Shown: piece after piece, positions 1 through 9,892 of the stretch | How positions within the stretch are numbered: the first letter of the stretch is position 1 | How the letters are laid out: the number at the start of each line of letters is the position of its first letter | From: Acholeplasmataceae bacterium | GTDB lineage: Bacteria > Bacillota_I > Bacilli_A > Acholeplasmatales > Acholeplasmataceae | Assembly (NCBI GenBank): GCA_963675245.1 | Contig: OY775910.1 | Location: 416,001-480,000 of the forward strand | Direction of reading: 5' to 3' | Length of the DNA stretch: 64,000 nt | Program-made: the position numbers and the translations under genes | The notes under the pieces: model-generated | The model's input: only the letters and a program-made list of their open reading frames with translations | Told to the model about the DNA's origin: nothing | Database searches by the model: none

Positions 1-23
1 ATCTTTGACATAATTTCACCACC

Positions 24-530
24 TTATAGTGTCGTAAATAGTTCATCGAGCTCACGTGCAATTGATCTATCTAGAGAGACCCCTTGATAGATAATCTTAA
101 GTCCACCAATTAATGCTTTATCGACTCTTAGGTGGAGATCGATGGTCATATTTTTAAAACGAGGTTGTAGCCTTTTAATGAGTAATTCTTCTTGTTTCTT
201 TGAAAGTTTTTCTGCAGCATATACATTCACATGCGCAATTTGTTGTTGTTTGCGAATAAGTCTGATCCAATCATGATAGACATCAAAAAATAATGACATA
301 TGATTTTTACGAATCATTGTTTTTAGGCATGCCGTAAGGGTTGGTGATAAATTTAATTTATCAACCTTATCATCCTTATCTTTCAATTCATACATCGGAG
401 AGTCCAGTAATTCTAACCACGTAGGATGTTCAAACACAATATCATGAAGTCGATCAAATTCAGTTGTGATTTGATCGATGTCATTGCGTTTTTGTGCAAC
501 CTCCATCAGTGCCTTTGCATAATCACTCAT
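24..530 (-). CDS. atpH: F1Fo ATP synthase subunit delta
   Basis: Follows atpF; C-terminal VDKALIGGLKI..G..LDRSI motif of delta/OSCP; likely start MSDYAK at 530. Confidence 0.9.
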   Translation of the reverse strand: MSDYAKALMEVAQKRNDIDQITTEFDRLHDIVFEHPTWLELLDSPMYELKDKDDKVDKLNLSPTLTACLKTMIRKNHMSLFFDVYHDWIRLIRKQQQIAHVNVYAAEKLSKKQEELLIKRLQPRFKNMTIDLHLRVDKALIGGLKIIYQGVSLDRSIARELDELFTTL

Positions 531-630
531 GCGTTTCATCCTTTCTCTCACGACAAATGATAAAGATAAAGACTGCGGCAATCACCGCACCAATACCAGC
601 GTGTATTAAGACATCTACTAATCCACCCAT
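523..630 (-). CDS. Unannotated 35-aa single-pass membrane protein within the atp operon
   Basis: Manual translation MGGLVDVLIHAGIGAVIAAVFIFIICRERKDETHE*; ATG 4 nt after the atpF stop; stop overlaps the atpH start (ATGAGTGA); exactly fills the atpF-atpH gap. Confidence 0.6.
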   Translation of the reverse strand: MGGLVDVLIHAGIGAVIAAVFIFIICRERKDETHE

Positions 631-633
631 GGC

Positions 634-1176
634 TTACTCTTCCACCTTTGGTTCGTCTTTTAGAAGCTCTTCAAAAATATCTTGATGTAATGATTCATCA
701 ATTTCACGTTTAACAATTTTAGATGCTGCCACAAACGCAACTTCTTTAATGGAAGCTTTAATCTCTTCGTTTGCTTGTGAGATTTCATAATTGATATCAC
801 GTTCAGCTTGTTCTAAACGATGTTTCGCAGAAAGTTTCGCTTCTTCAACAAGCTTTTCTTGTTCTCTATATGCTTCTTTCATTAAACGTTGTTTTAATGC
901 ATCCGTTTCGCTTTTCATTTCAGCATAATCAGCTTTCGCTTTATCTTGTAATGCCTGTGCTTTCTTTCGTTCTTCTTCAGCGTTTTCTAACGCTTGAGAA
1001 ACAGCTTCTTGACGACGTTCTAAGAACGCGTTGATTTTATCCCATAAGAAATAACGAACAAAAAACAGCATGACAATAAATGCTAAAATGTTTAATATTA
1101 AAATGTCTGGACGTTCAAATATGGAATTGAGTCCCTCATTCAGCATATTTGACGCATATTGAAACATCTCTTTCAC
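634..1176 (-). CDS. atpF: F1Fo ATP synthase subunit b
   Basis: N-terminal TM helix followed by long charged coiled coil (FLERRQEAV..); position after atpE. Confidence 0.92.
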   Translation of the reverse strand: MKEMFQYASNMLNEGLNSIFERPDILILNILAFIVMLFFVRYFLWDKINAFLERRQEAVSQALENAEEERKKAQALQDKAKADYAEMKSETDALKQRLMKEAYREQEKLVEEAKLSAKHRLEQAERDINYEISQANEEIKASIKEVAFVAASKIVKREIDESLHQDIFEELLKDEPKVEE

Positions 1177-1220
1177 TTTATCAAGTCCTTTAGTTTTTTA
1201 TTAAGTAAAAAATCCACAAA

Positions 1221-1523
1221 TCAGCTAGCAGAACTGATAAGAATGAACGCAATAATTAAGCCGTACAAACCAGTTGTTTCAGCAACCGCTTGACCAACGA
1301 TCATCGTGATCATAATTTTACCTTGTGCTTCCGGTTGACGTCCAACAGCTGCAGCTGCGTGTCCTGCTGCAATCCCTTGACCAATCCCTGATCCAAGACC
1401 TGTTAACACAGCTAAACCAGCACCAACATAAGCTAAACCTGATGTTAAAGCTGACATGTCTCCTGATACTTCCATAATATTTGGAATGAATTGTACAAGA
1501 CTGTTAAATAATGTAGTGAACAT
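1221..1523 (-). CDS. atpE: F1Fo ATP synthase subunit c, probably Na+-binding
   Basis: GxGxGxG glycine zipper, RQPE loop, AETTGLY ion-binding segment and GQG glutamine. Confidence 0.95.
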   Translation of the reverse strand: MFTTLFNSLVQFIPNIMEVSGDMSALTSGLAYVGAGLAVLTGLGSGIGQGIAAGHAAAAVGRQPEAQGKIMITMIVGQAVAETTGLYGLIIAFILISSAS

Positions 1524-1545
1524 ATTGATTTCTCCTTTTTTATTA

Positions 1546-2241
1546 TTATGCTATATCGAAATCTGTCTCAGCCACTTTATTGGATGAGAAGATGACAATG
1601 AGTAAGACAAATACCAAGGTTTGAATAAATCCAAACCCAATATCAAAAATTAAATGAAATACTGGTGCGACTACTACCGAGACCCAGCCGACATAATCAA
1701 TCAATGAGAATCCGCGATAAATAAGTGTCAGAATGACTGTACCACTCGCAATATTACCAAATAAACGAAGTGCCATTGATAAGATCGGTGTGAACTCACT
1801 GATGATGTTTAATGGAAACATTGCAGGAATGGGTTTAAAAATACCCAAAAGTGATTTCCAGCCTTGTGACACAAATCCCATCATTTGCACAATCACGAAT
1901 GCCATTAAAGACATTGAGAAGGTGATGGTGGTGAATCTGGTTGGAGAGGTCGCTCCGACAACACCAGAAATATTTGAAATAAAAATGTATAACGCAACAG
2001 CTATCACAATCGGTGTTAAGAATTTCCAGTGTTTCCCTACCGTATCTTTGACAAATTTATTGATCATTTCAATAAATGAAATCACCATTGTCATAAATTT
2101 ACTTGTTTTCTTTTTCTCATCAAGTCTATCGGCATGTAAGCCAACCACGATTGAGAAAATGATGATCGCTGTCATAATGATGAGTGATGTAATGAAATAG
2201 ACCGGGAGGTTTGTAATATAATCAGTTATCTTGGTCCACAT
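1546..2241 (-). CDS. atpB: F1Fo ATP synthase subunit a
   Basis: [11 protein letters not shown] motif with the essential Arg; FIQTLVF. Confidence 0.95.
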   Translation of the reverse strand: MWTKITDYITNLPVYFITSLIIMTAIIIFSIVVGLHADRLDEKKKTSKFMTMVISFIEMINKFVKDTVGKHWKFLTPIVIAVALYIFISNISGVVGATSPTRFTTITFSMSLMAFVIVQMMGFVSQGWKSLLGIFKPIPAMFPLNIISEFTPILSMALRLFGNIASGTVILTLIYRGFSLIDYVGWVSVVVAPVFHLIFDIGFGFIQTLVFVLLIVIFSSNKVAETDFDIA

Positions 2242-2662
2242 GTGTTTGTTTCTCCTCCTCTAATCGTTTTAATTTCGCTGCCACTTCTTCTTTATAACTC
2301 ACTGTGTGACGATGTATGAATGGTAATAAGTGTAGTAAAATACCCACTCTGATTGTGCTAAATCCTAAGAATAAGAACACATAACTCGTAATGACAACAC
2401 TAAGTGCTTCATCTCTGATCAAGACATACAAGAATGTACATATAATGCCATACATTAAAAACCTAAAGACAACAATAATCATATATTTCTTTACACTAAA
2501 TCCATTACTTGTGATTCTAATCATGAGTGAATGATTGAAAAGTGCGGTTGCTGCACCTAAAATAGGCCATGTTACATATGGTCTAAAAAAGATGGCTGCA
2601 ACAATCGTAACGATGATGGCATATGCAATTCCTGCTAAACTAATGGCGTCTACGTCTCGCAT
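2222..2662 (-). CDS. atpI: ATP synthase protein I-like membrane protein
   Basis: About 4 TM segments, directly upstream of atpB; likely start MRDVDA. Confidence 0.65.
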   Translation of the reverse strand: MRDVDAISLAGIAYAIIVTIVAAIFFRPYVTWPILGAATALFNHSLMIRITSNGFSVKKYMIIVVFRFLMYGIICTFLYVLIRDEALSVVITSYVFLFLGFSTIRVGILLHLLPFIHRHTVSYKEEVAAKLKRLEEEKQTHVDQDN

Positions 2663-2894
2663 CGCGTCGTTCCTCACTTTTGACATACTGATAAAGAAAC
2701 ATGAAAGCAACAATAACACCTAATGCAGTGCCTACTGCAGCTAAAATCATGCTTAAACCCCCTTCGGGGTCTATTCTTTCGCCAATAAAAAATCCAACGA
2801 CGGCTAAACCGAAAACCGTGAATATAAATTGGACGACGACCATATAGGTCATGAATATTTTTCTTCTTTTTTCTGTTTTTTTATTTGGTTCCAA
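2640..2894 (-). CDS. AtpZ/AtpI-family small membrane protein
   Basis: Two TM helices with GFFIGERID motif typical of atp operon gene-1 proteins; TTG start with GGAGA RBS inferred. Confidence 0.65.
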   Translation of the reverse strand: MEPNKKTEKRRKIFMTYMVVVQFIFTVFGLAVVGFFIGERIDPEGGLSMILAAVGTALGVIVAFMFLYQYVKSEERRDARRRRH

Positions 2895-3507
2895 AAAGTC
2901 TATCTCCACAATCACCAAGACCAGGGACGATATAACCCACATCATTTAAATGTGAATCAAGTGCTGCTAAGTAAATCGCAACATCTGGATGATCTTCTTG
3001 TAGTCTTTCAACGCCTTCAGGACATCCGACTAACCCGACATATCTTATGTCTGTCGCACCATACGATTTCACAATGTCAATCGCTTTTGATGCTGATCCG
3101 CCGGTTGCTAACATAGGATCTACAACTAATACAACACTGTCACTTAAACCTGGTGGAAATTTTTGATAATACACATGAGGTGTCAATTCTTCTTCGTCTC
3201 TATATAAACCAACATGTCCAACTTTAGCCGTTGGGATAATATCATGAATCCCTTCAACCATACCTAATCCAGCTCTCAAAATAGGGACGATAACGACTTG
3301 TTTAGCAAGCTCATATACAGTCGTTTCACAAATTGGTGTGTCAATTTGTTTTGGCACTGTTTCTAAATCACGTGTGATTTCATACGTAATTAACGCGCCA
3401 ACTTCTGATACGGTTTCTCTAAATGCTTTCGTTCCCGTGTGTTTATCTCTGATCATTGACATTTTGTGATCAATTAACGGGTGTTTTAAAACAACAACTT
3501 TACTCAT
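2881..3507 (-). CDS. upp: Uracil phosphoribosyltransferase
   Basis: HPLIDHK, PILRAGLGM, VDPMLATGGS, YIVPGLGDCGDRLFGTK. Confidence 0.97.
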   Translation of the reverse strand: MSKVVVLKHPLIDHKMSMIRDKHTGTKAFRETVSEVGALITYEITRDLETVPKQIDTPICETTVYELAKQVVIVPILRAGLGMVEGIHDIIPTAKVGHVGLYRDEEELTPHVYYQKFPPGLSDSVVLVVDPMLATGGSASKAIDIVKSYGATDIRYVGLVGCPEGVERLQEDHPDVAIYLAALDSHLNDVGYIVPGLGDCGDRLFGTK

Positions 3508-3946
3508 CCTCTTTTTCCTCTATTCCCTGAATTTTATCTATTCTTCTTTGATGTCTAGACTCAAAAGACGCCGCTTTAAATATATCAATCATGTTGATTG
3601 CTTCTTCTACGGTCGACGTTCTTCCACCTAATGTAATCACATTAGCATTATTATGTTCTTTTGCAACTCTTGCTGTAAATTCATCATAAATTAAAGCCGC
3701 TCTTACGCCTTTAACTTTGTTTGCAGAAATGCCAATACCAATACCTGTGCCACAGACACCAATACCAAAATCATAATCACCCGTCATGACAGCTTTCCCC
3801 AATTGATAGCCGTAATCTGGATAATCAACACTATCTTCATTGTTTGTTCCTAAATCATCAATAGATAATTCAGATGGTTTATAATGTTTTTTAATTGCCT
3901 CTTTTAGGGCGTAACCAGCATGGTCACTAGCAATTGCAATCTTCAT
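3500..3946 (-). CDS. rpiB: Ribose-5-phosphate isomerase B
   Basis: IASDHAG, SVDYPD, CGTGIG, ANKVKGVRAA, HNNANV. Confidence 0.95.
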   Translation of the reverse strand: MKIAIASDHAGYALKEAIKKHYKPSELSIDDLGTNNEDSVDYPDYGYQLGKAVMTGDYDFGIGVCGTGIGIGISANKVKGVRAALIYDEFTARVAKEHNNANVITLGGRTSTVEEAINMIDIFKAASFESRHQRRIDKIQGIEEKEDE

Positions 3947-4010
3947 AAAAACCTCCACAATAATTTAATAATATTATATCATAAAATGATATATCATTTA
4001 ATGATAACTC

Positions 4011-5828
4011 TTATACGTTTCTTGCTTGATAAGTCGCTTTTTTACGTAATGTTGCGTTAAGAATACCTTTTCTTAAACGGATACTTATTGGCGTAATTTC
4101 AATGAGTTCATCATCATTGATAAATGCTAAACATGCTTCTAAGTTCATTGGTCTTGGTTTCTTTAAAACCACCGTAGAGTCTTTAGAACTAGATCTCATA
4201 TTGGTTAATTGTTTTTCTTGTGTCACATTAACCACCATATCAGTGTCTTTATTGGATTCACCAACGATCATACCTTCATAAACACCCGTACGTGGATCAA
4301 CAAACATCACGCCACGCTCTTCCAAACGACCAATTGCGTAACCCGTTGTCATCCCATTGTTCATTGAAATAAGCGCGCCAGTTCTTCTGTTGCCCACCGT
4401 TTCATAAACCATTGGTCTATAATCTAAGAAGATATGCGATAAAATACCATATCCTTTTGTGGCAGTTAAGAATTGTGTGACAAATCCAATCAACCCACGA
4501 GATGGCATAATATAGTGAATTCTTGTATAATTCCCTGATTGTTCCATATGTTGCATGTCACCTTTTCGGTCACCCAACATTTCAATGACGGTACCCATAT
4601 ATTCAGATGGAATATCCGCTTGAACTTCTTCATAAGGTTCATGTTTAACACCATCAATGGTTTTAACAATAACGCGGGGTCTAGAGACTTGAAATTCAAA
4701 GCCTTCACGACGCATATTTTCAATTAATATACCCAAGTGCAATTCGCCACGTCCAGAAACAGTCCACTCTTCAGCTTGACCATGTCTTTCCACTTTTAAA
4801 CTGACATCTTTTTGCGTTTCTTTAAACAAACGATCATCGATTTTAGATGCTGTCACATGTGAACCTTCCTTACCAGCAAATGGTGAATTGTTTGTTAAAA
4901 ATGTCATTTGCACAGTTGGTTCATCGATATGAAGATAAGGGAGTGCTTCTTCATGACCAACAGCTGTCACAGTTTCACCCACATGGATGTCAGGTAATCC
5001 AGCTATTGAGACAATATCTCCTGCAGTTGCCGTAGAAACTTCTTCTTTAGCGAGTCCTGTTGATTGATATATTTTTTGTACTCTAAATTGTACAATGGAT
5101 TCATCAGCACGAATACACGATACAGTGTCATTCACGTTAATGGTACCTTGATAGATCTTACCAATACCCATTCTTCCTACATAATCGTTATAATCAATTA
5201 ATGCAGGTTGAAACTTAAGTGGTAATTCACTTGCCATAGATGGTGCCGGTATTTCTTTTAAAATCGTATCCAAAATAGGTTCCATACGAATATGTTTGTC
5301 TAACACTGGTTTGTAATTTGATAGACCTTGTAAACCTGATGCATAAAGCACCGGGAACTCTAGTTGATGATCATCCGCACCTAAATCAATAAATAGGTCA
5401 TAAACTTCATTTACCGTTTTACTAATATCTGCGAATTCTCTATCGATTTTATTCACAACAACAATTGGAAATAACTTTTCTTCTAACGCTTTTTTTAACA
5501 CGAACCTTGTTTGAGGCATAACCCCTTCAACAGCATCTACAAGTAAAAGAACACCATCCACCATGCGCATGATACGTTCAACTTCACCACCGAAATCGGC
5601 ATGTCCTGGTGTATCAAGAATGTTGATTCTAATGTCTTTATATATAATCGCTGTATTTTTCGCGAGAATGGTAATCCCCCGTTCTCGTTCTATGTCATTT
5701 GAATCCATCGCACGTGATGTTAATTCATTGTGTTCATCGTATTTTGCACTTTCTTTTAAGAGCTGATCAACCAATGTCGTTTTTCCATGATCGACATGTG
5801 CGATAATTGCTATATTTCTAATATCCAT
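4011..5828 (-). CDS. typA: Translational GTPase TypA/BipA
   Basis: [44 protein letters not shown]. Confidence 0.97.
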   Translation of the reverse strand: MDIRNIAIIAHVDHGKTTLVDQLLKESAKYDEHNELTSRAMDSNDIERERGITILAKNTAIIYKDIRINILDTPGHADFGGEVERIMRMVDGVLLLVDAVEGVMPQTRFVLKKALEEKLFPIVVVNKIDREFADISKTVNEVYDLFIDLGADDHQLEFPVLYASGLQGLSNYKPVLDKHIRMEPILDTILKEIPAPSMASELPLKFQPALIDYNDYVGRMGIGKIYQGTINVNDTVSCIRADESIVQFRVQKIYQSTGLAKEEVSTATAGDIVSIAGLPDIHVGETVTAVGHEEALPYLHIDEPTVQMTFLTNNSPFAGKEGSHVTASKIDDRLFKETQKDVSLKVERHGQAEEWTVSGRGELHLGILIENMRREGFEFQVSRPRVIVKTIDGVKHEPYEEVQADIPSEYMGTVIEMLGDRKGDMQHMEQSGNYTRIHYIMPSRGLIGFVTQFLTATKGYGILSHIFLDYRPMVYETVGNRRTGALISMNNGMTTGYAIGRLEERGVMFVDPRTGVYEGMIVGESNKDTDMVVNVTQEKQLTNMRSSSKDSTVVLKKPRPMNLEACLAFINDDELIEITPISIRLRKGILNATLRKKATYQARNV

Positions 5829-5929
5829 TATAAAAATTCCTCTCTAACCTTTTCTATTATACTAGATATATAGAAAAAAGAAAGGAATAATGTTATGATA
5901 GCGTACTTATATTTTAAAAATATAAGCTA

Positions 5930-6178
5930 TTAAGAATATATCGCTACAAGTATGGATGTTGCAATGCCGATTGCAACACCAACTTTTGAGCTTTTAAATC
6001 CAAGTCCAGATATGATTGTGATTATTGGAACAGTAATCATTGTACTGACGATTTTTCTGGCTGCGATTAGCGAAATAAATTGAATAAATTGATCAATTGT
6101 TTCTCTTGGTACACTTAAAAGTACTAACAAAATAGGAATTCCTATTATCGTGCTTATTAGAGGTATTAATTTTTTCAT
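5930..6178 (-). CDS. Small hydrophobic membrane protein downstream of the TA antitoxin
   Basis: 82-aa ORF with AGAGGTG RBS and 3 hydrophobic segments. Confidence 0.6.
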   Translation of the reverse strand: MKKLIPLISTIIGIPILLVLLSVPRETIDQFIQFISLIAARKIVSTMITVPIITIISGLGFKSSKVGVAIGIATSILVAIYS

Positions 6179-6199
6179 GTCATCACCTCTTTTCTAAAC

Positions 6200-7150
6200 C
6201 TAAACTTGAATAGCTAAATCCTTTGCATAATAATATGATATAAATCCAAAGTCTTCGGTATTCAACCAACCACTTTCTTTATGTGATGCTTCACTAATTT
6301 CATTTGTATTAAAATATTTAAAGTGTGAATAGATCGCTTCAGCAATTTGAATTTCTTCTTCTGATAAGCTCGTATTTAATGGATCTTTTTGATATGTGAT
6401 AGATGTTCGATTTTCTTCGTCTTTTTCAAAAGATACATAAGGATTTTGATCATACTTCCATTCAGCATTATTAGGTACGGGTCCAAAAGATAATTTAACA
6501 TATTTAGAACCAGTAATACTCTTACCTAATTTGTTAAATGCATTAAAATCTGTATAATATAACAATTTGTTTAATTTTGTTAAATATACTGGTTTACTAT
6601 CTTCTACCTGCGTTTTTTTAACAAATAACGCCACCAACTGATGAAATTTCTCGATTGACCAAGATGTATTCCCTTTATTAATCTGATTGTTATGAATATT
6701 TAAATAATTCATAACAGATGACTGTCCTGATTCAGACAGTTTACTTTTGTTTTGCTCAAAATAACGTTCTAAATTGTATGTATCATTGGCACTTAAAATT
6801 GTTTGAGCATTCGTTGCACTAGGTAAGGACCCAAGTTCATACCTTGAAATGGTTATTTCCCCAAAACCTAACAATCTAGAAAAGTCTCTTTGTGTTAAGT
6901 CCAGTTTTTTTCTTGTTTGAATGATTTCTTCAATAGTAGGTAAGTCGTGATCAGCACGATAAGCATCAAAAAATACTTGTTGTACTTCTTCCTCGATTGA
7001 CATGACAAACACTTCTTCATTGCAGGATTTGCAATAGGCTACTTTAACAGGTAATGTGTATGGAATATCTTTGACGTTTCTAGTTACTTTATCTACTTTA
7101 ACAATGTACTCTTCTTTTTTTTCACTTTTAGGGCAATATGCTTCTCTCAT
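6200..7150 (-). CDS. MqsA-like antitoxin (Zn-ribbon + XRE HTH) fused to Panacea/SocA (DUF4065) domain
   Basis: N-terminal CPKS...CKSC, HTH LTQRDFSRLLGFGEITISRYE, C-terminal TKLNKLLYYTDF...FGPVP...SHKESGW. Confidence 0.8.
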   Translation of the reverse strand: MREAYCPKSEKKEEYIVKVDKVTRNVKDIPYTLPVKVAYCKSCNEEVFVMSIEEEVQQVFFDAYRADHDLPTIEEIIQTRKKLDLTQRDFSRLLGFGEITISRYELGSLPSATNAQTILSANDTYNLERYFEQNKSKLSESGQSSVMNYLNIHNNQINKGNTSWSIEKFHQLVALFVKKTQVEDSKPVYLTKLNKLLYYTDFNAFNKLGKSITGSKYVKLSFGPVPNNAEWKYDQNPYVSFEKDEENRTSITYQKDPLNTSLSEEEIQIAEAIYSHFKYFNTNEISEASHKESGWLNTEDFGFISYYYAKDLAIQV

Positions 7151-7194
7151 AGTTCATCCCTCTTTTCTCGTTTTTTTTAGTTACATTTGTTTTG

Positions 7195-7530
7195 TTATTT
7201 ATATGGATAAGTCATTTCATATTTAGCTTCATGAAAACTCATGATGAATAAATCACCTTTGATTCTAAACGTAATTTTAATATATAACTCATAAGGGTCA
7301 TAATAATGTCCAAAAACATATATATTTTGATCATGTATTAAGTGATCTTTTTCAGGCCCAGATACATAATCTGTATAATTTAAAGTCTTAATGATTTGTA
7401 ATGCATCTCTATAGGCTATTCCTAAATTAGTTAAATTGATTCTATCTTGTAATTCAAAAACAAAATTATCATCATCAATGTAATCTCTGACTTTACTAAG
7501 ATAGATTTCAATTAATTCAGGAACATCCAT
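7195..7530 (-). CDS. MqsR-like (RelE-fold) toxin
   Basis: 111 aa; LYIKI...MSFHEA motif; toxin-first order upstream of a MqsA-like gene. Confidence 0.75.
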   Translation of the reverse strand: MDVPELIEIYLSKVRDYIDDDNFVFELQDRINLTNLGIAYRDALQIIKTLNYTDYVSGPEKDHLIHDQNIYVFGHYYDPYELYIKITFRIKGDLFIMSFHEAKYEMTYPYK

Positions 7531-7560
7531 TAGTTGTTCTCCTTTCTTTTATATACACTT

Positions 7561-7602
7561 ATTATACCATGAAAAAGATAACAGTCAACTGTTTCTGTTA
7601 TC
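7561..7602 (-). promoter_or_regulatory. TA promoter with overlapping inverted-repeat operator
   Basis: TTGACT-16bp-TATAAT (extended TG) on minus strand; GATAACAG-N10-CTGTTATC palindrome at 7577-7602 overlaps the -35. Confidence 0.7.
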
Positions 7603-7642
7603 ATTTGATAATTTTTATATTCAAAGGGTACGTTCGGATGTT

Positions 7643-8401
7643 TTAGTGTTTACTCAAATAAATCTCCATCGCGTCCACTAATAACTGTGTGGCACCAATA
7701 CCTACTTTCTCATAATATGCATTGAAGCGCTCATCTTCAAGATACATATGAACAAGTGCTAAATGTGATTTCTTGTCATAACTTGTCCAGTAATATTTTA
7801 GCCATGTTTGATGAAGTTCACATACATGTTGAGCAATATCGCTTTTCGGATCATTTTTTTCTAACGCTTCTTTTAACGTTTCTAAAATCAGTTTAGCAAG
7901 CTTTGTAGCATCTTGATAATCTGTTTCTGATTGTTTTAGGTATTTTTCGTTTGCTTGATCTACCTTTTCATTTCCAAATCTTACTCTCGCTTCTTTACCA
8001 TAAATCTTTTCATTTATATCAATATCAGATTGTTTTAAACCGTCAAATTTTTCTTCATCCTTCATTTGATATTCTCCCTCATGTGACGCGATAGATTTTT
8101 CAATCGTGTGAATTAATTGATCAAGTTTATATTTTTCTTGGTATAGCGACTCAAGGTGTTTCTTAAGCGCTTTTGTTTCGTTAAATGCTGGATCACTGAT
8201 CATCTTTTTAATTTGTTTTAAATCAAATCCTAATTTCTTATAAATCAAAATTTGCTGTAGTAAATCAACTTGTTTTTGATGATATTTTCTATAACCAGAA
8301 TCCTCTATCACAGCAGGCTTAAGTAACCCTATATCATCATAATATCTAAGGGTTCTTGTTGTGGTACCCGCTAGTTTTGCTAATTCATGAATTAAATACA
8401 T
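7643..8401 (-). CDS. MerR-family regulator with TipAS-like effector domain (Mta-like)
   Basis: TTRTLRYYDDIGLLKP...GYRKY N-terminus; C-terminal LVHMYLEDERFNAYY. Confidence 0.88.
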   Translation of the reverse strand: MYLIHELAKLAGTTTRTLRYYDDIGLLKPAVIEDSGYRKYHQKQVDLLQQILIYKKLGFDLKQIKKMISDPAFNETKALKKHLESLYQEKYKLDQLIHTIEKSIASHEGEYQMKDEEKFDGLKQSDIDINEKIYGKEARVRFGNEKVDQANEKYLKQSETDYQDATKLAKLILETLKEALEKNDPKSDIAQHVCELHQTWLKYYWTSYDKKSHLALVHMYLEDERFNAYYEKVGIGATQLLVDAMEIYLSKH

Positions 8402-8416
8402 ATTATCACCACTTTC

Positions 8417-8447
8417 ATTATAAACCTTTACGTAACGTTAATGTCAA
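8417..8447 (-). promoter_or_regulatory. MerR-type promoter with 19-bp spacer
   Basis: TTGACA-TTAACGTTACGTAAAGGTT-TATAAT; 19-bp spacer containing an ACGT-T-ACGT dyad. Confidence 0.8.
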
Positions 8448-8472
8448 TAAAAAACACCAAATTTCTTTGGTG

Positions 8473-9045
8473 CTATAAATCGAATAATTGATTTGACCTT
8501 AAGGATGCGATGTCTTCTTTTGTAATCGCGCCTTGTCTTAAAATCTCTACATGTCCGTCAGATATTTTTGCGACAGTAGATGAAAGATCCGAGCGTTTCG
8601 TATGACCTTGCCAGAAGATAGCTTTTACTTTATCCCCAAATAACGCTTTGATCTCTTCTGGATTTTCAAGTGGTGGTTCACCACTTTTATTGAGTGATGT
8701 TACGCGCATTGGTCCACATAAATTTAAGACTTCTAACGCTTTTTGATGCTTAGGAATTCTGACCGCGATTGATTCTTCACCCGTTTTTTCTTTAAACGAG
8801 TCTGTCGTATTCAATACAATCGTGAGTGGCCCTGGCCAAAAGATCTCCATGACTTTATAAGTAAAATCATCATAGTGTGCAATGTCTTCTAACTGGTCCA
8901 CAGATGAAATTAAAATGGGGATTTGTTTTGACAAGTCTCTGCCTTTTAACGCATAGATTTTATTTAAACCTTCTTCATCAAATAATTGCGTGGCTAAGCC
9001 ATAAACTGTATCTGTCGGTATAATGATTAAATCGCCTTTATTCAT
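8473..9045 (-). CDS. tsaC: L-threonylcarbamoyladenylate synthase (TsaC/Sua5/YrdC)
   Basis: IPTDTVYGL, KGR, FWPGPLTI, AVRIP, TSLNKSG; follows prmC. Confidence 0.9.
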   Translation of the reverse strand: MNKGDLIIIPTDTVYGLATQLFDEEGLNKIYALKGRDLSKQIPILISSVDQLEDIAHYDDFTYKVMEIFWPGPLTIVLNTTDSFKEKTGEESIAVRIPKHQKALEVLNLCGPMRVTSLNKSGEPPLENPEEIKALFGDKVKAIFWQGHTKRSDLSSTVAKISDGHVEILRQGAITKEDIASLRSNQLFDL

Positions 9046-9892
9046 CTTCTAACACCCCTTTAAATCCCAAAAATGTAAACCTGTCTCTGCCTTGTAAATC
9101 TTTTAATTGAATGACTTTCGCTTCTGGTAAATACATATGAGCAAATGCTAATATATCCGCTTTTTGTTGATAACCATGTTCAAATCCAATTAAACATCTT
9201 TCTTTCATAAATGGTTTTACATGTTTTAAAATATGTTCATAAAATGTAGTACCGGTATCACCACCATAAAGTGCCACACTTGGCTCTTTTTTAACGATAT
9301 CTTGAACGTCTTCTGCTGCAGGAATATACGGTGGATTTGAAATGATCATATCAAACTTTCCGGAAACTTGACTAAACCAATCACTCACTAAATAATTAAC
9401 ATCCACACCTAATAGCTGACCATTTTCTTTTGTTACTTTTAATGCGTCTTCACTAATATCTGTAACAGTCACATGCATATTGGGTTCTTCTACCGCTAAC
9501 GATAAACCAATACATCCACTACCAGTCCCTAAATCAATGACATCTAGTGTTTGATTGGTGAAATACTTATCATAATAATATAAGATGTTTTCAACGAGTT
9601 GTTCAGTTTCCACTCTAGGAATGAGGACTGCGTCAGATACATTAAACTTATGACCATAAAAATAACTATAACCCAATATATGTTGAACAGGTACATCTTC
9701 AACAATATATAAATCAGATTTTTCTTTAAACGAATAAACAAAATCATCATCTGCTTGTTCTCTTAATGCTAAATAGAACTCATGTGGCGCTAGACCACTA
9801 AGTTCTAGTAACAAAAGTTTAATCGCTTCTGCTTCCTTATTGTATGCTAAAGCTTTTTTTGTCACATCTTTTAATAATTGATCGTAGGTCAA
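9038..9892 (-). CDS. prmC: Release factor glutamine methyltransferase
   Basis: VLIPRVETE, DLGTGSGCI, SNPPYI; follows prfA. Confidence 0.95.
   Translation of the reverse strand: MTYDQLLKDVTKKALAYNKEAEAIKLLLLELSGLAPHEFYLALREQADDDFVYSFKEKSDLYIVEDVPVQHILGYSYFYGHKFNVSDAVLIPRVETEQLVENILYYYDKYFTNQTLDVIDLGTGSGCIGLSLAVEEPNMHVTVTDISEDALKVTKENGQLLGVDVNYLVSDWFSQVSGKFDMIISNPPYIPAAEDVQDIVKKEPSVALYGGDTGTTFYEHILKHVKPFMKERCLIGFEHGYQQKADILAFAHMYLPEAKVIQLKDLQGRDRFTFLGFKGVLEDE

Noticed and set aside
1733..2200. 155-aa plus-strand ORF and similar antisense ORFs (e.g. 33371-33835, 42353-42751, 63422-63694)
   Set aside because: Lie entirely opposite well-supported genes, with no RBS or motifs.
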